Below are positions 59,172-64,000 of a stretch of DNA of 64,000 bases, piece after piece. The translations under genes and the position numbers were made by a program. Where the stretch lies: positions 4,863 through 68,862 of the forward strand of contig JAGOMX010000001.1 of the NCBI GenBank assembly GCA_017993335.1, read 5' to 3'. Numbering within the stretch: position 1 is the first letter of the stretch; every line of letters begins with the position of its first letter. The notes under the pieces are model-generated. The model was not told where the DNA came from. It worked only from the letters and a program-made list of their open reading frames with translations, and did no database searches. Source of the DNA: Alphaproteobacteria bacterium (GTDB taxonomy: Bacteria > Pseudomonadota > Alphaproteobacteria > JAGOMX01).

Positions 59172-59834
59172 ATGCCTGAGTTTATTATCAATGGTCCAGA
59201 AGGACGTATTGAAGCCCGCTATCAGCCGCCAAGAACTCCTGATGCGCCTTTAGCTCTTATTTTGCACCCCCATCCTGAATTCGGGGGGACCATGAATAAC
59301 AAAGTAACCTATGCCTTATTCCGTAGCTTTACTGACCGCGGTTTTGGGGCTGTGCGGTTTAATTTTCGTGGTGTTGGTCGATCAGAAGGCGTTTTTGATA
59401 ACGGTGAGGGTGAGCTGAGCGATGCCGCAACAGTCATGGATTGGATGCAAAATTTAAATCCTAACTCCACTTCTTTTTGGGTGGCGGGATTTTCTTTTGG
59501 TGCGTGGATTGGTATGCAGCTTTTAATGCGTCGCCCGGAGTTAAGCGGTTACATTTCGGTGAGTCCGCCGGCAAACATGTACGACTTCACCTTTTTAGCT
59601 CCTTGTCCTGTATCCGGTTTAATGATTCAAGGGGACAGAGACGAGATTGTGCCAAAAGAATCTGTAGAAAAATTGGCAGAAAGATTAGCTATGCAAAAAG
59701 GTATTCATGTGGATTATCGTTGTATCCAGGGTGCCGATCATTTTTATACCAATAAGCTCAATTTGGTGATGCAGCATATCAATCATTATCTGGATAAAAC
59801 GGTAGAAAAAATCCCTTTAGCCGCAAGTATGTAG
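59172..59834 (+). CDS. alpha/beta-hydrolase fold protein (esterase-like)
   Basis: AAAGGA RBS then ATG at 59172. GFSFGAW (GxSxG nucleophile elbow). C-terminal Asp/His candidates. Confidence 0.7.
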   Translation: MPEFIINGPEGRIEARYQPPRTPDAPLALILHPHPEFGGTMNNKVTYALFRSFTDRGFGAVRFNFRGVGRSEGVFDNGEGELSDAATVMDWMQNLNPNSTSFWVAGFSFGAWIGMQLLMRRPELSGYISVSPPANMYDFTFLAPCPVSGLMIQGDRDEIVPKESVEKLAERLAMQKGIHVDYRCIQGADHFYTNKLNLVMQHINHYLDKTVEKIPLAASM

Positions 59835-59843
59835 GTGTTAATT

Positions 59844-61340
59844 ATGGCGGAAACGAAAATTCAAATGAACGATACCTCGAATATTTATCGAGATACCAGA
59901 TTGCAAAAGGTTGATGAGTTACGGGCTATGGGTGTTAATCCATACCCCTATCGCTTTGATAAAACTCATGATGCCTCTGACTTGCATGAAAAATATCAGC
60001 ATTTGTCCAATGGTGAGGAAACGGCTGACCGCATTCAAATTGCCGGGCGAGTTATGTCGATTCGTAACAGTGGTATGTTTATAGATTTACTGGATGCTTC
60101 TGGGCGTATCCAAATTTTTTCTCATAAAGACACCTTGCCTGAGACATATCAACCGATACTCAAGTTATTGGATCTGGGCGATATCATCGGTGTTACAGGC
60201 TTAATACGTCGTACACCCCGCGGGGAATTGACGATTAATGCCGATTCAATAGAGGTGTTATGTAAATCTCTCCAAACCTTGCCAGAAAAATATCATGGCT
60301 TGAGTGATGTGGAGATGCGCTATCGTCAGCGTTACGTAGATTTGATTATGAACGAACCCACGCGTTTAACCTTGCGGAAGCGGAGTCAAATTATCCAAGC
60401 TTTGCGTAGCTATTTGCTGAGCTTAGGTTTCTTAGAAGTCGAAACACCTATGCTGCATAGTATTCCAGGTGGTGCCGCGGCAAAACCTTTTATTACGCAT
60501 CATAACGCCTTAGATATGGAACTCTACATGCGTATCGCGCCGGAGCTTTTCTTAAAGCGCCTGGTTGTGGGTGGGTTGTCTGAAAAAGTTTTTGAGGTAA
60601 ACCGCTGTTTCCGTAATGAAGGTATTTCAACACGTCATAACCCTGAATTCACAATGGTTGAGCTGTATCAAGCTTATGCGGATTACCAGGATATGATGAA
60701 TTTAGCCGAAAAGATGATTGAGCATATAGCGGAAACGGTCCTGGGGACAACGACTATATCTTATAATGGCCATGAGATTAATTTAAAAGGGCCATGGATT
60801 CGCAAGTCTATGACAGATTTAGTGCGTGAGCACACAGGTATTGATTTTCTTGCCATTCACGATTTAGCTGAAGCTCAAGATGCCGCCAAAAAAATCGGTG
60901 TAGATGTTAAGCTTTGTGGCAGTTGGGGCAAGGTAGTTGCGGCTGTTTTTGAAGAAAAAGTCGAATCATTCCTTATTCAGCCCACCCATGTAACGGATTT
61001 GCCTTTGGATATCTCTCCCTTGGCAAAAGTTCATCGGACCGATCCACGTTTAACAGAGCGCTTTGAAAGCTTTATCAATACGTGGGAAGTTGCGAATGCG
61101 TTTTCCGAATTAACGGATCCTATAGACCAACGTGCGCGTTTAGAATCGCAAGTGGCGGATCGAGATGCGGGGGATGATGAGGCTCATCTTATGGATGAAG
61201 ATTTTATTACTGCCCTTGAGTATGGACTGCCTCCGACGGGTGGGCTAGGTATTGGGATTGACCGTATGGTGATGTTAATGACGGATTCTTCTAGTATACG
61301 AGATGTCATTGCGTTCCCAACGATGCGGAAGAGAGGTTAG
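59844..61340 (+). CDS. lysS: lysine--tRNA ligase, class II
   Basis: Class II motifs FRNEGISTRHNPEFTMVELY and GGLGIGIDRMVMLM. N-terminal OB anticodon-binding domain. Confidence 0.9.
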   Translation: MAETKIQMNDTSNIYRDTRLQKVDELRAMGVNPYPYRFDKTHDASDLHEKYQHLSNGEETADRIQIAGRVMSIRNSGMFIDLLDASGRIQIFSHKDTLPETYQPILKLLDLGDIIGVTGLIRRTPRGELTINADSIEVLCKSLQTLPEKYHGLSDVEMRYRQRYVDLIMNEPTRLTLRKRSQIIQALRSYLLSLGFLEVETPMLHSIPGGAAAKPFITHHNALDMELYMRIAPELFLKRLVVGGLSEKVFEVNRCFRNEGISTRHNPEFTMVELYQAYADYQDMMNLAEKMIEHIAETVLGTTTISYNGHEINLKGPWIRKSMTDLVREHTGIDFLAIHDLAEAQDAAKKIGVDVKLCGSWGKVVAAVFEEKVESFLIQPTHVTDLPLDISPLAKVHRTDPRLTERFESFINTWEVANAFSELTDPIDQRARLESQVADRDAGDDEAHLMDEDFITALEYGLPPTGGLGIGIDRMVMLMTDSSSIRDVIAFPTMRKRG

Positions 61341-61403
61341 TAAATCTTTTTTAATTCAGCTATACTAGCATTTGCGAACGATAGTTATAAAGGAGCAAAG
61401 CCG

Positions 61404-62261
61404 ATGAAGATTCGTTTTTCCTTGTTTAAAAAGATTTTACTTGTGCCTTTTCTTTTTGTGATGTTCAGCGAAAATACGCTTGCCACACGTTTTTCTGAAG
61501 AGATCGTAACAAAAGGGGTTCGTCGGCTTACACCTCTAGAAAGCATATCTCGGGTTCGTGGTGCAGAGAGTCGGTTTGTCTGGCGGTACTGGGATTTAGA
61601 TCAAATTCAGCTGTACGGCAAAGTTTCTGTTTTAACGTTAGTTGGAGACTTTTTTACGGATGAAAATCAGCGTATTTTAAGACAGCTATCTGCACAAAAA
61701 GGCTTGTTCTCTTCGAAAAATCAGACAGTTGATCCAAGACAAGGGTTTATTGAAAATCATAAACTGGAAGCGACGCAACAAATGCTTTTAAGTCATGCCC
61801 CTTTTGTAGATCACTCTGTTGTCGTGTCGGCAGAGATAGGACATTCCAGCGATAGCGAAAAAGAAATGGAGCATATGATTCTTTCTTTTAATTTCCCATA
61901 TAATTTTATATTTATGCATCTGCCTAAAAGGGCGAGGGCTGGTTTTCCCTCATTCGCCTTTTTTAACCAGGGCAAGTCTCTTGTTTCTTCCGAAATTCAG
62001 ACAAGTACTTTTGATCGTCCCGGTCATGATCTTTTATTACCGGAAATTATGAAAACCGCATTAGGGGCGTCTTCTCCTATCGATCTACCTCAACTTAAAG
62101 AAAATAAAAGCGGTGATGGGAGATATAGATATACAGAATTTAGTGCCAATAAAATGTCCGGAAAAATCTTGCCTGTTATCAGTGAGGGAAATGAGTCGTG
62201 GAAAATTATGTTTGAAAGACCTTGCGGAACGTATAAAGTGACAATCTGTGATCGACAATAG
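61404..62261 (+). CDS. hypothetical secreted protein (paralog A)
   Basis: Signal peptide MKIRFSLFKKILLVPFLFVMFSENTLA. Shares AFFNQG...RPGHDLLLPEI and RYWDL segments with the downstream ORF. Confidence 0.55.
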   Translation: MKIRFSLFKKILLVPFLFVMFSENTLATRFSEEIVTKGVRRLTPLESISRVRGAESRFVWRYWDLDQIQLYGKVSVLTLVGDFFTDENQRILRQLSAQKGLFSSKNQTVDPRQGFIENHKLEATQQMLLSHAPFVDHSVVVSAEIGHSSDSEKEMEHMILSFNFPYNFIFMHLPKRARAGFPSFAFFNQGKSLVSSEIQTSTFDRPGHDLLLPEIMKTALGASSPIDLPQLKENKSGDGRYRYTEFSANKMSGKILPVISEGNESWKIMFERPCGTYKVTICDRQ

Positions 62262-62289
62262 CATAAAGTTATTTTGAGTAGAGGGTAAA

Positions 62290-63186
62290 GTGAATACATA
62301 TAATTTGTTCGTAAAATCAAGCGTACTGCTTTTTTCCTTATTCGCCATTCATTCAGGCTTAAAGGCTTCAAAACTCGTAGAGTTAGTGCCAAGAGTTTCC
62401 GCGATGCGGGCAAGTCCCCATCTGGCTTATCCGAGCGAAACTATGGCGATAAGCGCTAAAAAAATATCTAAAAAGTCTCTGTTTCTGACAGTCATTCGTG
62501 TAGAGCAAGATTTTATGGCCCCATCCAATTTGGCCCTTTATGATTCTTTAAGTTCTTTATTTAATAGCGGTCCAACTGATTTAGAACGTGCGCGTGAAGC
62601 TTATAACCAGATCATAACACATAAGATCGTTTTTGGTACGACGCCGCGCAAGGCTTACGATGACTATCGGTATGCCCATCCTTATCCCATCCTTATTCAG
62701 GTGCCAGATCACGAATTCATTCATTTCAAGGAAAGATTAGCCAATTTTATGAAAGATGCGCAACTTCACCCTTGTCTGCTTTTCCACCCATATGAGAAAA
62801 AATATGAGAAAGAGTACTGCGTGAGCCATGAATTGAATGGTAGCGATTATTACTTAAGGCCTTATACGGGCCCATTCCAGATGGCTTTTTACAATAGACA
62901 AGGTGAGAACGTATTTAGCCGAGGATTTTTTTCTAGCCATCCGGATAAGCCTGCAACTGATTTATTGATTCCCGCTTTATACGGCCTTGTGAAAGAGTAC
63001 AATATCCAGGGCGCAGAGTATTTTCTGCAGGCGTTACTAAAAGGAACGTCTTTTACGAAAATGAGAGTGGACGGTAGGCGTTATTGGGATTTGTCCTGTG
63101 ATCTCCCTGAAAAGCGTCAATTCAATTGGCGTGTGTATGACGATGTGCGAGAACAGCCTTTAAGAAAAATGCGCACAAGAGATTAA
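62290..63186 (+). CDS. hypothetical secreted protein (paralog B)
   Basis: Signal peptide MNTYNLFVKSSVLLFSLFAIHSGLKA. AFYNRQGENVFS...KPATDLLIPAL and RRYWDL match paralog A. Confidence 0.55.
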   Translation: MNTYNLFVKSSVLLFSLFAIHSGLKASKLVELVPRVSAMRASPHLAYPSETMAISAKKISKKSLFLTVIRVEQDFMAPSNLALYDSLSSLFNSGPTDLERAREAYNQIITHKIVFGTTPRKAYDDYRYAHPYPILIQVPDHEFIHFKERLANFMKDAQLHPCLLFHPYEKKYEKEYCVSHELNGSDYYLRPYTGPFQMAFYNRQGENVFSRGFFSSHPDKPATDLLIPALYGLVKEYNIQGAEYFLQALLKGTSFTKMRVDGRRYWDLSCDLPEKRQFNWRVYDDVREQPLRKMRTRD

Positions 63187-63276
63187 TGCCTTTGTAACTA
63201 TAAAATTTTCTTCAGACTTAACGTTTTTTTAAACGATCTATGAGTACAATACATTAGTGTAGTATTAGGTTTTTGG

Positions 63277-64000
63277 TATGGAGAAAAAAAAGATAACGAT
63301 AGGCCTTCAAGGCGGAGGGACTCATCTCGCTTTTTCTTCAGGCGTGATTGACTGCTTGTTAGAGGATGGTCGTTTTGAGATTGAAGGGGCCAGTGGAACA
63401 AGTGCCGGCGGATTGATTTGTGCAACTCTTGCTCAAGGTTTATTAAAGAACGGTCCGCAAGGCGCTCGCGATGAATTAAAAGCCTTTTGGGACATGATCA
63501 TTTCCGAAGGCATTCGTTTAGGTTTACGCCCTAGTTATTTCGACCGATATCTATACAAAGAAAGCGTAAGTTTTTCATTATACATTGAGATGCTCAAAGG
63601 AGTGTTTCATTCCTGGCTATTGCCCGGAGATTGGAACCCTTATGGAAAAAATACATTCAAAAACGTACTAAATAATTTTTTCGATTTTGAAAAGCTTGCG
63701 CATAACGAACAGTTTAAATTATTTATAACGGCTACGAATGTATTAAATTCAAAACTAAAAGTCTTTTCCGGCAAAGATTTAACCGTAGAAGCCTTTATGG
63801 CCACGGCTTGCCTACCGTATCTTACAGAAGCCATTGAAATCAATGGCGAATATTATTGGGACGGGGCTTATATTGGAAATCCATCCCTGTTTCCCTTAAT
63901 GAATGAATGTTCTAGTCGAGACATCCTGGTTGTTCTTGTTATCCCTCATAAGGTAAGTAAATTACCACATACCTTTATGGAAGTCCGCAGCCGTCTTCAA
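63277..64000 (+). CDS. patatin-like phospholipase (partial, continues beyond window)
   Basis: GLQGGGTHLAF oxyanion-hole GGGxR/K-like motif and GASGTSAGG (GxSxG) lipase serine motif. No stop before the window end. Confidence 0.75.

Noticed and set aside
1-64000. Searched for CRISPR arrays, rRNA genes, transposase/integrase genes and prophage structural genes
   Set aside because: No regular repeat-spacer array, no rRNA-like conserved stretches, and no ORF with DDE transposase, tyrosine/serine recombinase or phage capsid/terminase motifs was seen. Mobility signals are limited to the short direct repeats and MITE-like elements reported above.

Overview
A 64 kb window from what looks like a moderately AT-rich alphaproteobacterial chromosome that spans the replication-origin neighbourhood. 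The core backbone is hemE-hemH-hemJ, rho, a perfect parS site, rsmG(gidB)-parA-parB, fumC, accB-accC, maeB, mgtE, gpt, hslVU, a ccmCDEFH cytochrome c maturation cluster, a complete iscR-(nifS-like)-iscS-iscU-iscA-hscB-hscA-fdx-iscX operon, lysS, two thiolases, and two tRNAs (Leu-CAA, Arg-CCU). A ~650 bp AT-rich intergenic region directly upstream of hemE carries four perfect DnaA boxes and is the likely oriC. Three accessory modules lie between the core genes, each bracketed by its own pair of direct repeats. (1) A ~3.1 kb segment next to the origin (secreted hypothetical protein plus an Arch_ATPase/DUF234 AAA ATPase) is flanked by 43-bp repeats. (2) A two-gene SNF2-helicase plus SWIM zinc-finger cassette is flanked by 45-bp repeats; the SWIM protein has a histone-H1-like Lys/Ala tail. 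This is the best candidate for an undescribed DNA-targeting or defence-like system. (3) A ~10.5 kb segment is flanked by two copies of a 137-bp element with 23-bp terminal inverted repeats (MITE-like). It holds a truncated MCP-like sensor, a CPH-motif CopB-type ATPase, tRNA-Leu, a thiolase, and a 1758-aa kinase-AAA-TPR-GAF-adenylate cyclase STAND protein. A fourth item is a translationally coupled operon: a HAD-phosphatase::UbiA-prenyltransferase fusion, a large polytopic membrane protein and a small SAM methyltransferase, reminiscent of a decaprenyl-phospho-pentose type lipid-linked glycosylation pathway. There are several secreted hypothetical proteins, including a tandem paralog pair, and a patatin-like lipase at the window edge. 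A type-1 IscR box is recognisable upstream of the isc operon. No rRNA, CRISPR array or obvious transposase/integrase gene was seen. All functional calls rest on motif-level reading of the translated ORFs; none was confirmed by database search.
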